The notes under the pieces: generated by a model
What the model was told of the DNA's origin: nothing
The model's input: the letters and a program-made list of their open reading frames with translations, nothing else
Database searches by the model: none
Position numbers and translations under genes: made by a program
DNA from: Octopus sinensis
Lineage: Eukaryota
NCBI RefSeq assembly: GCF_006345805.1
Contig: NC_043000.1
Coordinates: 80,972,001-81,036,000 of the forward strand
Reading direction: 5' to 3'
Length of the DNA stretch: 64,000 nucleotides
Shown here: positions 24,791 through 37,899 of the stretch, piece by piece
Layout of the letters: each line of letters begins with the position of its first letter
How positions within the stretch are numbered: position 1 is the stretch's first letter

Positions 24791-25512
24791 TTTCTGACCA
24801 TAACTACTCAGTAGTATCTCAGACTACATAATACAAAGCATGCTTTTTCTCTCTTTTAAGACATGAATTTTGATTTAAAGGAACTTGACTGTTGTTTCTT
24901 GCAAGTCAAGCAACTATATAGAGATTTCTATGTCGACTTCTTTTGTTTTTGTTTTTCTACTCAAACAATGCCAGACAGACATTTTGTTTCTTGTATTATG
25001 TGCGATGCCCAGTTAAAAGGAATGTATATCATTCATCCACATGTTAAGCCAATAGTTTTGACAAGGCTTTGTCACTTTCAAACATTATACTAAGTGTTTG
25101 AAAGAAACATAATTTTCTTAATGGGCTGAACACACAAGAAACTTATTTACTTTTGATGTATTTTTAATAAATTTATATATATTACCACAATAAATCTTAA
25201 TTTATTGATATATTTGTATGTGCATGAATACATATACCAATATTTCTCTATCTATCTGTCTGTCTGTCTACCTGCCTGCCAGTCTTTCTTCCCCTCTCCT
25301 CCCTCTCTCTCTCTCTCTCTGTATATATATATATATATACATATATCTGACTGCATCTGGTAGTCTGGTCAATACACACACACACACGCACACAGTCTGA
25401 GCTATAGCAAAAGACATATATATCTGATATATTATAAAATTCACTGTGTGTTTCCTCTGCATGGCCATACTGCCAGATCAATCTGTATCAAATTTGGCAT
25501 GAAGGTTTTTCC

Positions 25513-25740
25513 TTACTCAGGGGAAGGTTCTAGGGTTATCAAATTTTGGCCCTTGCCCATATAGGGGGCTGCAGTCCCCCACCCCCCATACGACCCTTCC
25601 AATTTATTTTTTCAGTGGTTTTTTTCATTACTCAGGGAAGGTTCTGGGGGAAGGGGTCAAATTTTGGCCCTTGCCCATGTAGGGGACTGTAGCACCCCAC
25701 CACCACCACCATACGACCCTTCTGATATTTTTTTAGTGGT
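25513..25740 (+). repeat. About 115-bp tandem duplication in the Helitron 5' region
   Basis: TTACTCAGGG...AAATTTTGGCCCTTGCCCAT...CATACGACCCTT at 25513 and 25628. Confidence 0.85.
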
Positions 25741-25940
25741 ATAATATTGTTTTACTTTTATTCATTCACTTTTAACTTCCAATTTTTTCTTGCAGCTCTA
25801 TAGTATTGTTTCACTTTTATTCTTTCACTCTTCATAAGACTATAATATTGTTTATACCACATACATACAACTGCCTACAAAAATAGAGATTAATGTATAA
25901 TTTTTTCTATGTTCATAACTTTTTGTTTACAATATTTAAA

Positions 25941-26356
25941 AGCAGTGAGCTGACAGAATTGTTAGCATGCCAGGCGAAATGCTTAGTGGTATTTCGTCTG
26001 CCACTACGTTCTGAGTTCAAATTCCACCAAGGTCGACTTTGCCTTTCATCTTTTCGGGGTCAATTAAATAAGTACCAGTTACGCATTGGGGTCGATGTAA
26101 TCGACCTTATCCCTTTGTCTGTCCTTGATTGTCCCCGCTGTGTTTAGCCCCTTGTGAGTAGTAAAGAAATAGGTATTTCATCAGCCACTATCTTCTGAGT
26201 TCAAATTCCACCAAGGTCAGCTTTGCCTTTCATCCTTTCGGGGTCGATTAAATAAGTACCAGTTACACACTGGGGTCGATGTAATCGACTTAATCCCTTT
26301 GTCTGTCCTTGTTTGTCCCCTCTATGTTTAGCCCCTTGTAGGCAATAAAGAAATAA
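25941..26356 (+). mobile_element. tRNA-derived SINE family B (tandem pair here); also 14625-14845, 15797-16007, 16025-16232, 22550-22765, 23085-23225, 28595-28810, 36232-36448, 40432-40535, 50160-50365, 55177-55392, 58905-59110
   Basis: Head GAGCTGGCAGAAT...GAGTTCAAATTCC (B box), body GTCGACTTTGCCTTTCATCC...TAAGTACCAGTT. Confidence 0.87.
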
Positions 26357-26461
26357 ATATTGAAAGATGCCACCATAGAAAAGATGTAATCTCTCCAGAA
26401 ACAACTATAAAGCAAGGAGGATTGTATAAAACCAAAGACGAGAGTCTCAAGAGAGAAAGGA

Positions 26462-26850
26462 GATGAGACTTTCTCAAGATCAGCAAATGCATACTGTAGC
26501 ATGTCAAATGAAGTCTTAAGAGAGAAGGAAGATGAGACTTTCCCAAGACCAGCAAACATATGCTGCAACACGTCAAATAGAATCTTAATACAGAAGGGAG
26601 ATGAAACTTTCCCAAGATCAGTAAATGCATGCTGCAGCACATCAAATAGAGTCTTAAGACAGAAGCAAGGTGAGACTTTCTCAACATCAGCAAAACATGC
26701 TGCAGCACATTAGGTGAAGTCACAATACAGAAAGGAGATGAAACTTTCCCAAGATTAGCAAATGTATACTGCAGAATGTCAAATAGCATCTCAAGACAAA
26801 TGAGATGACATGTCAGATGGAGTCTGAATAGAGAAGGGAGATGAGATTTT
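26462..26850 (+). repeat. 69-bp (23-codon) tandem repeat, about 5.5 units, in the Helitron ORF N-terminus
   Basis: GATGA(G/A)ACTTT-type starts at 26462, 26531, 26600, 26669 and 26737. Translates as RLSQDQQxxAAxxQIES*xRRE. Confidence 0.9.
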
Positions 26851-27988
26851 CTTAAATTTTTGAAATGACACTAATGGCATGTGCTACTCATGTGGTAAGT
26901 TAAGATTGCCAACACTACCAGCTCTTCCTCAACCTCTTATGGATCTTCTGGAAGGCACTTCCATCCAGTCAAAGGATTTTCTGAACAATATCAGACAATA
27001 CAACTCTGCATTTCAAATGACATCGTTTGTTAAGTCTAAAGAGATAGTTGAACATGGATTTTCGCCAATGTAAGTTCAAGGGCAAGTCTATCACCTCATT
27101 GCTTCCCTGTTACCCACAAATGGACAACTACACTTCCTCCAAATTTACTTTGTGAGTGATGTAGTACAACAAACATGAAGGAGGTGTCAAAACTTCAGAT
27201 GATGGGTCATGTTAGATGCAGCACCAACAACCACAAAGGTGAGTATATCCACTGACAGCTTTTCGCTGTGTTCAAAAATCACATACCCTCACCCCCAATT
27301 TCCATGACAGGTTAGGGCCTAGAATACTCCAAATAGAGATGTGACATGTTGTTTAGTCGAATCCTTTACTCACAAATGATTTGTCGCCAATGCTGCACTT
27401 TCCCATTTCACCTGTTTCAACATAACTGTAATATATTATATACAAACTATGCCATTTTAATCCCAAGCAATGCCAAATATCTCTGCTAGTATATATGTGT
27501 GTGTGTGTGTATATATAAAATAGATATACCTATACACACACACATACATATACAACTGTCCCTCAGTTTACGTGGTACTCAATTTGCATAGCTTCATATT
27601 AGTGTGGTTTGGTTTGAGAAGGAACACTACTTCATCATTTCCATTTTGATTGTTCATTTTCCTTTCATTTTACTTTCCTTTCAATTCTTTGACAATGCAG
27701 TAGATCACACTCTAGCATAACATTTAAATGAAAATTGAATTTGTTTATATTTTCTGAAGTATTTTCAAAATTGTATCTTAGATTTTCAAATATTAAAAAT
27801 GTCAATTTTATAGAAAGAAGAACTTTCATATTTTTATATCTTTCCCTTGTTTCAGTCATTAGACTACAGCCATGCTAGGTCACCACCTTGAAGGGTTTTT
27901 AGTCAAACAAATTGACCCCAGTACTTTTTTTGTTTTTAAGCTTTGTTGTTAGGTAGTTGTGGGGAAGAAACGCACACACACACTTATA

Positions 27989-28051
<63 letters not shown>

Positions 28052-29125
28052 ATATATATATATATATACTTACAATGGGGTTCTTTCAGTTTCCATCGTT
28101 CACATCCACTCACAAAGATTTAGTTGGTCTGAGTGTATAGTAGAAGATAATTGCTCAACATGCCACAGTGGAACTGAACCCAGAACCATTTTGATGGGAA
28201 ACAAGTTTCTTACCTTTCTGCAACCGTATGTATCCTATACAAAATCAACAAGTAACGTATGTCTCTAGTACAAAATAAAAATTAATGCATATTGTGTTAT
28301 AGGTGTTGGTGTGTATATATTATACACATACACACACATGCTCTGTGCTATAGCAAAAGACACTTACTGAGGGTGTCACACTGTAGGACTGAACCTAGAA
28401 CCAAGTGGTTGGGAAGCAAATTTCTTACCACACAGCCTTACCTGCACCAACTCTCTGGTCACTGAGGGTCTAGAACCTCAAGTAAGCCTCACTAATTTAT
28501 GGGCAGGAACTTCAAATTCCTGCAACCACCAGACTAATTTACTGTTACCTTTCACTGATTAGGACCTGGCATGTTACAGTATTAACAAGCAAGTTAAGGT
28601 AGTGAGTTAGCAAAATTGTTAGCATGCTTGTAAGATGCTTAGTGGCATTTCATCCATCTTCACATTCTGAGTTCAAATTCCACCAAGGCTGACTTTGCCT
28701 TTCATCCTTTTCAGGGTTCAATTATATAAGTACCAGTTGATCACTGAGGTTGATTTAACCAATTTACTCCTCCCCCAAAATGGCTGGCATTGAGCCAAAA
28801 TTTGAAGTCAAATAATCCTGAAAGGCTTTGGAACCAAAGCTTCTGGAGCATTGATGTTTTGTTGTATATTCAATCAACATCAAAATAGATATGGTTCAAA
28901 ATAAATTATGAAACTGTTTAATTGAATAAAGTAATGATCAGTTCAATAGAAAGAAAGAAAAAGTCAAAACTAGTATGATCCTTGGAATTTGAGTAACTTA
29001 AGAACATACAATGTGTATGGATATATATAAAACATTATGGAAACAATGGAAAGTGTTCTATTATTTTGGATAAAAATTAAAACCCAGTATCAGGACAATA
29101 TTCAAGTACACACACACATACACAC

Positions 29126-29156
<31 letters not shown>

Positions 29157-29398
29157 TGCATGCACACACACATTAAACGAATAACTGATTAGTTAGTTGG
29201 TTAGATATTTAACCGATTGGCTAACAATAAAGAAGTGATATTAAACCAGTGCATGTGTTTAATAGTATAATGACGTTTCGTCATACGAATTCACCTCAAG
29301 AATCTTGCAAACCAAATGCAGAAGCAATATGTAGAAGTTTGTGTGTATGTATTTGTGTATATGTATATATTTATGTGTGTGTATATGTATATATATAT

Positions 29399-29429
<31 letters not shown>

Positions 29430-29452
29430 TATATATATGTGTGTGTACATAC

Positions 29453-29488
<36 letters not shown>

Positions 29489-29588
29489 ACACATATATAT
29501 ATATCTATATGTATATGTTTACACGCACCCACAGATATTTTTTCTCTTTCTTCTGCCTTTGAATTCTTTCTCTGTGCTTTTTATCTTC

Positions 29589-29620
29589 TCTTTGACAAAG
29601 GTATCTCCTGAAACGTCAGA
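29589..29620 (+). ncRNA. Degenerate minimal hammerhead ribozyme
   Basis: TCT-TTGACAA-AGG-TATCT-CCT-GAAAC-GTC-AGA. Two substitutions in CTGACGA; stem I is TCT/AGA. Confidence 0.5.
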
Positions 29621-30240
29621 TTCTCTTGTTTCTTCGTGGAGTATATTCAGCTTCATTGTAACACTTTTTTCTTTGTGTTTTTGTTTTGTGTGTGTTTTCA
29701 TTTTATATATCAACACTTTTCAACCATGTGCTTTCACCTGTCTGTCTCACGGTATTTTTGCTTCTTTGTTTTCTCTTTGTCTCAGATTTGACGCATGATA
29801 TTTGTGCAAGTCTTAACAATGTGTGTGTGTGTGTGTGTGCATGTAGGTGTGTTGATGTTATAAAGATTCATAAACTTTCAAGAGAGCAAGAAATAATTCT
29901 TTTTGAAATAGGTTCTTGAAGTACACATAAAGCTACAAATAATGGTTTCAAATTTTGGCACAAGGCTTGCAATTTTAGAGGTGGGGTAAATCAATTATAT
30001 TAACCTCAGTGTTCAAGCAGTATTTATTGATATGATAATGATGGGGTACAGTGCAGGGGAGAGAAGACACAGAAAAAATAAGGTGATTGGGGGAGACCGT
30101 AGTCAGGGAAAGATAATGAGAAACAGAAGGGTTTGAGGTGGGAAGAAGCCACTCAAAGTATTTTGTAGTGAAGAAAGTTTCTCGCTGTAGACAAATAGGT
30201 ATAAATACAGTGAGTCAGCTCACAACAAACCCTAACCAGA

Positions 30241-30284
30241 CTGTGGGATGCATTTCAGAGTGGTTATCTCCTCTTCAGTTACAG
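30241..30284 (-). ncRNA. Degenerate minimal hammerhead ribozyme
   Basis: CTGT-AA-CTGAAGA-GGAG-ATAACCA-CTCT-GAAA-TGCA-TC-CC-ACAG. Core, stem II, palindromic stem III and four base pairs of stem I are recognisable. Confidence 0.65.
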
Positions 30285-30399
30285 AGATTGGAAGGGCAGA
30301 GAGGCTGTGAACTGACATCAGAGACAGGTTTCTCTTAGGATATTTCCACAGTTTGGTTATGGAGGTCTGTGGGATGACTCAAAAACACCAATCTTAAGA

Positions 30400-31130
30400 A
30401 TTCTGAAAGTGAACACTACCTGGGTATTATTGTCAACTGCAATTTGTTCTGGACAAACCAGAACATTGTCAAGAAGAACATTGTCTAAAATTGTCAAGAA
30501 GGCTGAGGGTGTCTTAGCACCACTCAGTATGACCTTTGTCAGCCACTCTCTTGCTATATATGGTTATGGTATATCCACACTTGGAGTTTACATCACCAGT
30601 CTGGAACCTCTATCTTGCTCAGCATAACAATCACTTAGAAACTACTAAGAAACATTCAACCAGACAAATACCTGTCATCCAAACATGTTGCTTCTCTAGG
30701 CATAAACACATTAAAGCTTCAACATCTGGCAACTGACTTGGTAGAGACTCACAAGATTATCCACCATCTTTCCAACAACAACCTTGGGCACCTTTTTGAA
30801 TTTCATATGTCTAACACCCATGGACATGCTTATAAAATAAAAAAAAAACAACACAGAACCCATGGCTTTCAGAAATATTTTTTTATGCTCAACATTGCTG
30901 AAGGATGGAATAAACTACCTGCATCAGTTGTTAGCTGTGGGACACTATAATCTTCAAAACTTCTATGCTTCCCAAAATTTGCCAACATTACATCTGATCC
31001 TCCACTTCTTTCCTTCTTTCTTTCTTTCTTTTCTTAAGCGACTCACTTCCTGTGTATTATTCTATATATTGTTCATGCACCTAAGTACGGTATACAATAA
31101 ATTCATTATATATTATATTTACACCAATTA
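30400..31130 (+). pseudogene. CR1/L2-clade LINE 3' remnant
   Basis: VYPHLEFTSPVWN...DLVETHKII...HGHAYKI...KYFF...EGWNKLPASVV. Confidence 0.75.
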
Positions 31131-31405
31131 GTCTACAGTAAGAAGTTTTCTTCATGACAAAATACAGTGATTGGTTTCTGATGGGTTCAAATATTCCTCA
31201 GAGTTTACAAGTTTGTATTATACAAATTACTGCTTAGCACAGTCATCACACATTATAATTTTCATTGTTCATAAATTCTAATTTGACATTTAAGAAGTTT
31301 TTGAATTTTCCTTTTTAAAGGAATTTTCCTTCTTAAAGAATGGATTCAATTTGAGAAAACTATCATGTATTTCTTCTGAAAAAATTTATCAATAATAAAA
31401 TTGTT

Positions 31406-31599
31406 GTAGGAGTGGCTGTGTGGTAAGTAGCTTGCCTACAAACCACTTGGTTTCGGGTTCAGTTCCACTGTGTGGCACCTTGGGCAAGTGTCTTCTACTA
31501 TAGCCGCAGGCCAATCAAAGCATTGTGAGTGGATTTGGTAGTTGGAAACTGAAAGAAGCCCACAGTATATATGTATATACATATATATGTATATACATA

Positions 31600-31689
<90 letters not shown>

Positions 31690-31905
31690 ATGTTTGTGTG
31701 TATATGTTTGTTTGTCCCCACAACATCGCTTGACAACCGATGCTGGTGTGTTTACGTCCCCGTAACTTAGTGGTTTGGCAAAAGAGACTGATAGAATAAG
31801 TACCAGGCTTACAAAGAATAAGTCCTGGGGTCGATTTGCTCAACTACAGGTGGTGCTCCAGCATGGCCACAGTCAAATGACTGAAACAAGTAAAGGAGTA
31901 AAGAG
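31406..31905 (+). mobile_element. tRNA-derived SINE family A with internal microsatellite; also 1-125, 1420-1710, 5845-6266, 9060-9350, 27835-28240, 28340-28447, 33715-34066, 35590-35935, 38630-38780, 58452-58870
   Basis: A-box-like TGGCTGTGTGG, B-box-like GGTTCAGTTCC, central CCTTGGGCAAGTGTCTT, internal (TA)n/(TG)n, tail ...ATGACTGAAACAAGTAAA. Confidence 0.85.
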
Positions 31906-32532
31906 AGAGAGTGACATCTTATCCCAAACTAATGCAGAAATTAAAGAAGTTCCAAAATGTTAATTATTCTCACTGCTTTTCATCTAATGTCTGAATAGGA
32001 TAAACATTATTCTCCAACTAATTTCCAGCTCCTTTGCTCTCTCTACTTTTACTTCTACTTTTAGCATTATACTTCTTAATTTGTATTTTGTTGGCCATTA
32101 GAACTAAGGACATATTAGAGTGTCCTGAATTTGCACTACAGGTCAGCAGGCCAAAATAACGAAGAAATACACCCAGGATTATTTTGATTTCAAATATGTG
32201 CTATTTGTTTTTATAGACTCCACACAGGAAACCATTTGTCACATAAACAGAAATTCGTATTTTGAGGTGTGTGCATATGTATAATTGTATGTGTATATAT
32301 ATTTACCCACACACAAATATACACGTGCACTCACACACACATGTATACAAGTATGTATGTATGTTTGTATGCTTACAAACACACACATTCACATATATAT
32401 ATATTTGTTTTCCAGTACATAATGAACAATCGTTATTTAAAATGTATTTGTTGCCAGGAGATAAGCGTCGCTTCCATAATAATTCCTTAATATTTTCTCA
32501 TGCTATTTCAACAATTCTGTAGAAAAGTAACA

Positions 32533-32696
32533 TTGGAATTTTGGAAGAGGGGTTTTGTGAGTCTTCCAGATAGATGGAAGAGCTTTGTAGAAAATGAAGG
32601 TGGGTATATTTTGGATTAGAAAAGAACTTTGTTTATCTTAATTTTGATAAATAAAAATGGTATTAAAAAAAACGCATTATTTATGGAGTGACCCAA
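32533..32696 (+). mobile_element. Mariner 3' end: transposase C-terminus and TIR
   Basis: EFWKRGFVSLPDRWKSFVENEGGYILD*, then ...CGCATTATTTATGGAGTGACCCAA followed by TA. Confidence 0.75.
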
Positions 32697-33405
32697 TACA
32701 TAGATATGTGACTGTGTGTGTGTGTGTGCATGTGCATGTGCATATGTGTGAGTGTGTGCATGTGTGTGTACAGTGATGGATTCAAGGGTTTTGTTTATTT
32801 ATGAGTTGATTTCTTAATTTCGCCGGAGTATAAATACCTATAATGGTGATACTTAAAAGCAAAAAAAATTTGTTTTAATTATTTGCATGCAGGGTATGCA
32901 TCGCCACTCTGATGCTCATTTTTTAAAAATTATATATGGAATTGATAAATTACCTTTACATTGGCTGACAATGATCAATACCGGTGCAGTCATACAGGAA
33001 CGCACATATATATAGGAATAGATGTTGTTATGATGATAGTCTTTCACTGAGAATGGCCTCTGAATGTTCAGTTGTTTGAGCAACTAAACTACCTACTTAT
33101 TCAATTAGAGTTCAAAATAGCCAAATGAGCATTCCTTCACACAATTACCAAGCCTTAAGGTAATTCCTTAACAGAATCAATGTGGCACAGTGTGAAAACC
33201 TACCCAGCTGGCTTCTACACAGCTTCCCCCTACCCTATTCCCCGTCCCCCACCCCCTCAGGCTATAGCAAAGACATTTCCCTCCCTAATAGGCCAACACA
33301 AGGAGCCAAACCTGGGACATCATGATTGCAAGATGAATCAAAATATTTAGCCATAATTGTGTCTGAACATATATTTATAGACACAAGTGTGTATATATAC
33401 ATATT

Positions 33406-33449
<44 letters not shown>

Positions 33450-33459
33450 TTAGACAGTT

Positions 33460-33630
33460 GTTTGTTATGACTGAGCAGAGAGTGACAATTGGTTTCACAT
33501 GTATAAAGCTGTATGGGTGACACTTCAGACTTAGATAGCCAGAAACACATAGTCTGACAACTCAGCTATACAGTTAGTATAGCTTTATAGGTGTGAAACC
33601 AATGGTCACTCTCTGACTGGCATAACAAAC
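33460..33630. repeat. Foldback element, about 54-bp arms
   Basis: CAGAGAGTGACAATTGGTTTCACATGTATAAAGCT pairs with AGCTTTATAGGTGTGAAACCAATGGTCACTCTCTG. Confidence 0.8.
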
Positions 33631-36600
33631 ACCCTTCTAAGTATACTACAGCTCTGTTTTAGAGTGTGCTTCTTTTTTGGATATATGAACCTAACGACCT
33701 ATATATATATATATATTTTTATTTTATTCTTTTTATTCTTTTACTTGTTTCAGTCATTTGACTGTGGCCATGCTGGAGCACCACCTTTAGTTGAACAAAC
33801 TGTAGTCTCTTTTGCTGAACCGCTAAGTTATGGGGACATAAATACACCAACATCGGTTGTCAAGAGATGGTGGTGGGGGGGACAAACACAGACACTCAAA
33901 TACATATATACGACAGGCTTCTCTCAGTTTCCATCTACCAAATCCACTCACAAGGCTTTGGTCATTCTGAGGCTATTGTAGAAGACACTTGCCCAAAGTA
34001 CCACACAGTGGGACTGAACTAGGAACCATGTGGCTGGGAAGCAAGCTTCTTATCACACAGCCACATACATACCAGCAGGGTTGAGAGGCCTCTTTTGTCC
34101 TAATGAAAGTGTGACAACCTCTCTAATACTAACATTGTCATGATAAAATGCACCCAGTTTTCATTTATATTTCATATGTACCCTCTATACTAGCATGATT
34201 TGGACAGTTCCATAGGAGGACTGCATCATGCACCAATTTCTGAACTTTGGTTTTGTTTCTAAGGCTGGATACTCTTTTTTAATGGGGATCAATTAGCATG
34301 ATTGGAAGCAGTACTTTTTCTGTAGCACCAGCACTTGTAAGGTCTTCTTGTAACTGGCAAGATAAAAGAATTACCATAATTGAAAGGAGAATAGGAGAAA
34401 GAGTGCAGAATCTTTGGGGGGAAATAATGAGTGGGTGAATTATAATGAAAAGAGCAGTTTATAAATGTACAAGAATAGAAGTGGAGAAAGTGACAAAATA
34501 GATACTGTTGGAAAATTTGAGAATAAAAAGAAAGAGTAAGGGATCGAAAAATGTGAGGAGTTTGTAAGAAAGAGAAGAATAAAGTAGAAAAGGTAATAGG
34601 ATGGGCTGTGCTGTTTGGAGGAATCCAATACTATCCCATGTTGTGAAGGTGAGTATGGGCTGAAGATGTGGAAGGGAGAGGAAGAGATGCAGGTGATGAG
34701 GAGTGATGTGGCTGTGGAAAGAGGGTCATTGCAGCTTATGAGAAATGTGAGTGTTAGGATGTGAAGAAAGGGAGAGATGAGAGAATGATGTGGTAGCAGA
34801 GAAGATGTGGAGAGAAGACAGTAAGAGAAAGAAGGGCAGCAATTAGAGGAATCAGTGAGTGAATGTAGTGACAGAAAAGTGCGACTGGGGAAGACAGCAG
34901 AGCTGGAAAGTAGAGAGGTAGAAGGTGAATGCATTTGATGTCTTCCAAGAGAAAGAGTGGCAGATGAGGAACAGTGATTGATGCAATAAGAACCCCAGTC
35001 ACTCACTGTGTGATGGATCTCTCTCCTGTGTTTGCATGCTTGCTCAAGAGAGCAGGCTTTCTCCAGTATGGGGGATGAGATGTGCATGTGTGAAAACAAT
35101 ACAATTATTTCACTACATTCCAGTTTTCTAGTTTGATGATATTGGTGATGAGATGTGTGTGTGTGTGCATGTGTGTGTGTGTGTTAGTGTGTGTGTGCGT
35201 GTGTGTGTGCATGTAGGGTTACATTATCCAGTGTGTTGTTTCTTTATTAAAATGGAAAGATGTAATTTGAGGGGTATTTTTAGCTACTATTTCACATAGA
35301 ATCTGTCTGATTATGTCATGAAGTAGGAGTGAATGGTTAATAAATGATTGAGAAAAAGGCGATGAATAAATAAATGCACTGTACTAACTGGCTGGATCTT
35401 ATCAAAGATTGTTAACAATACAAATGATGGCAGAAGATGAAATGTGGAGATAATTGATAAAAGATTAAGTGATTTGAAATAAAACCAGCTTCTGATAAGT
35501 CTAGTGGTGGTTGGCAGTAGCAACAAAATTTAGTAAACAAAATTTGCAATGACGTAGCAAAAATGATGAATTGGCGGACATGTTAGGGGTCTAGTTTAGC
35601 TTGCCTCCCAACCACATGGTTCCAGGTTCAACCCCACTGCATGGCACTTTAGTGTCTTCTACTATAGCCTCAGGCTGACCAAAGCCTTGTGAGTGGATCT
35701 GGTTGGCAGAAATTGTAAGTTAAAAGAAGCCTGTCAAATATGTGTGTGTGTGTGTGTGTGTGGTGTGTGTGTGTGTGTATCTGATTGACAACTGGTGTTG
35801 GAGTGTTTATGTCTCTGTAACTTAGCAGTTCAGTGAAAAAAGACCAATAGAACAAGTACTGGAGTCAATTCAACTAAAATTCTTCAAGGCCCCAGCATGG
35901 CTACAGTCTAATGAGTGAGACATGTAAAAGGTAAGTAATAATACAAAGCAACTACAATAAATTTCAACACAACACAAGAAAACATTTATATAGTTAAAAC
36001 ATTTTTTTTTAATTAATAATTCTTTAAATTTAATAATAGTTGACAATCCAAGGGAGCAGCTTATATATTTAAATACTTCTTAATCACTGCCTCTAGCATA
36101 TAAAAAAATATACTCACTCACAAGATCTCATGCAACTGCTGGCTACCTTGAGGTATAACTGAAGACAACCTGCATTTACAGTGTTCACAGAGCATTGAAG
36201 AGCACACTGAATAATATTATCAAAGTAGTTTGAAGGTGGTGAGCTGGTAGAATCATTCACATGCTGAGCAAAATTCTTAGCAGCATTTTGTCCATCCTTA
36301 TGTTCAGAGTTCAAATTCCGCTGAGGTCGACTTTTCCTTTCAACATTTCAGGGTCAGTAAAATATGTACCAGTCAAGCACTGGGGTCAATGCAATCAACT
36401 TACACCCTCCTCCAAACTTGCTGGCCTTGTGCCAAAATTTGGAGCTAATATTATGAAAATAGTTCATAGTTACTGCAGACAGAAATAGTTAGAGTTGTAA
36501 CTACTGCATATGAACAAGGTGTGTGTTATTTGACTACGATTCAAGTTTGTTACCTTTTGTCAAACACAACACCAGTTTGTTAAATACGAAAAAGTGAAAG

Positions 36601-37899
36601 TGGGTGAGAGATCAACTCAGTGAGCAAAACAACATAGTTTTGTGTGAACTGTCTAGTGATTCTTGTCTCATATTGAATTTGGCAGTTTTTATAACTGTAA
36701 GTAAAAGTTTCTAGAAGCTTTATTCAAGCTATTTGATAGGAAAATTTTCATACTGCCTTTGAAGTTCACTGCATCAACCATAACAATTGATGTTGATTGG
36801 CCAAGCTATATTTGTATGGGTAATAATGCTTTTTATGGTAACACATTGCCTTTAATGGTGGTATGACATGGTCCTGAGCAAGGAAAATTTGAGAGTAATG
36901 GTTCAAAACTCAGCAGGAGCCTCCCTGCACTAACATCATATGTTCTACCCCTTCATTAACAGAGAAAGTCTCTTTCTTACCAGTTGAATTCCTTGAACTT
37001 TCAGAACACTCTCCTCTGTTGCTAATTAGATTATCTATGTCAAGGAAGCTTCCAACTACTTCAGTTGAACCTTCTTAGTATTTGAAATTCATTTCACAAT
37101 TGCTGTTAGTGCTAATTGTGCTAATTACACTTGTACAACTTTCACATAAAAGTCTTCTTTCTGTCAACTTGTCTATGATTCCATTATATCTTCATACACA
37201 TTTTGTTTAGATTGGATATCCCATATGAATTCCTATCCACTTTCCTGCATACTGAGTGTAACCATTTCACAGATGGCAGTAGAATCTTGCCTTCTTTACC
37301 TGTTAATTAAAACTTTTGTCTGCATTTGATTTACATTTTTGAGGCCTTCTGATTTGAGGCTTTGCTTCTAGATCTGGAATTTCTTCTCTAAATCTTTGAC
37401 ATATTCAGGTATGAGAACATCCAGAATTTGGCATGGCCAGAAAGTCTTATATTCCTCTATTATGGCTTCGGGAATAATAATAAACTGAAGTGGGCTGAGA
37501 TCCAAGACTTGATAGACACTTATCTGCATGTTAAATTCCTTGTTGAATTCTTTGTCAAATATTGCATTGCTGACAGCATATCTGTACACAGCTTACATAA
37601 CTCTTACACATACATGAATGTACATCCATAATTATGCATGTATGCATACATGCCTGTATGTATGTATGTATGTATGTATGTTAGTCAGTTAGTCATTATT
37701 CAGTTTTATTCAAGATTTCTTGCCAATAGAGAAAGAGCTGGTTTCTAAGCTAGATCCAAGATTCCTTCATTGGAATTTCAACAACATCAACAGGGTATTT
37801 TAGCATGTATATATGTATATGTGCAGTATTTGGAGTCAGTGCATGTGCAGATTTTATATGTTTTGTTTTATGTGTGTATTCTCATGGCTAGACATGCAT

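Larger units (their letters stand above)
25423..27489 (+). mobile_element. Internally deleted Helitron (with two SINE insertions at 25941-26356)
   Basis: Putative 5' A|TC at 25423. Decayed ORF start MPP*KRCNLSR at 26367. Rep N-terminal motifs GKLRLP...FLNNIRQYNSAFQMTSF...QGQVYHL...LQIYF. 3' end is a decayed hairpin CCCAAGCAATGCCAAAT followed by CTAG|T (27486-27490). Confidence 0.82.

Noticed and set aside
26290-26789. Minus-strand repetitive ORFs of 116 and 153 aa
   Set aside because: They are antisense readings of the 69-bp Helitron repeat. The meaningful frame is on the plus strand and contains stops.
26462-26850. Possible CRISPR-like array
   Set aside because: The units are contiguous diverged 69-mers without unique spacers, there are no cas genes, and the context is eukaryotic. 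The same applies to 17548-17825.
34380-35100. 219-aa S/L/H-rich minus-strand ORF
   Set aside because: It reflects a purine/pyrimidine strand-biased segment with no domain motif. It may be a decayed Penelope-like N-terminus, but I cannot support that. The same applies to 5335-5850.
36110-36210. Possible minus-strand host exon (GTGAGT donor near 36115)
   Set aside because: The acceptor is weak, the peptide is unrecognisable and no partner exons were found. RNA-seq would be needed.
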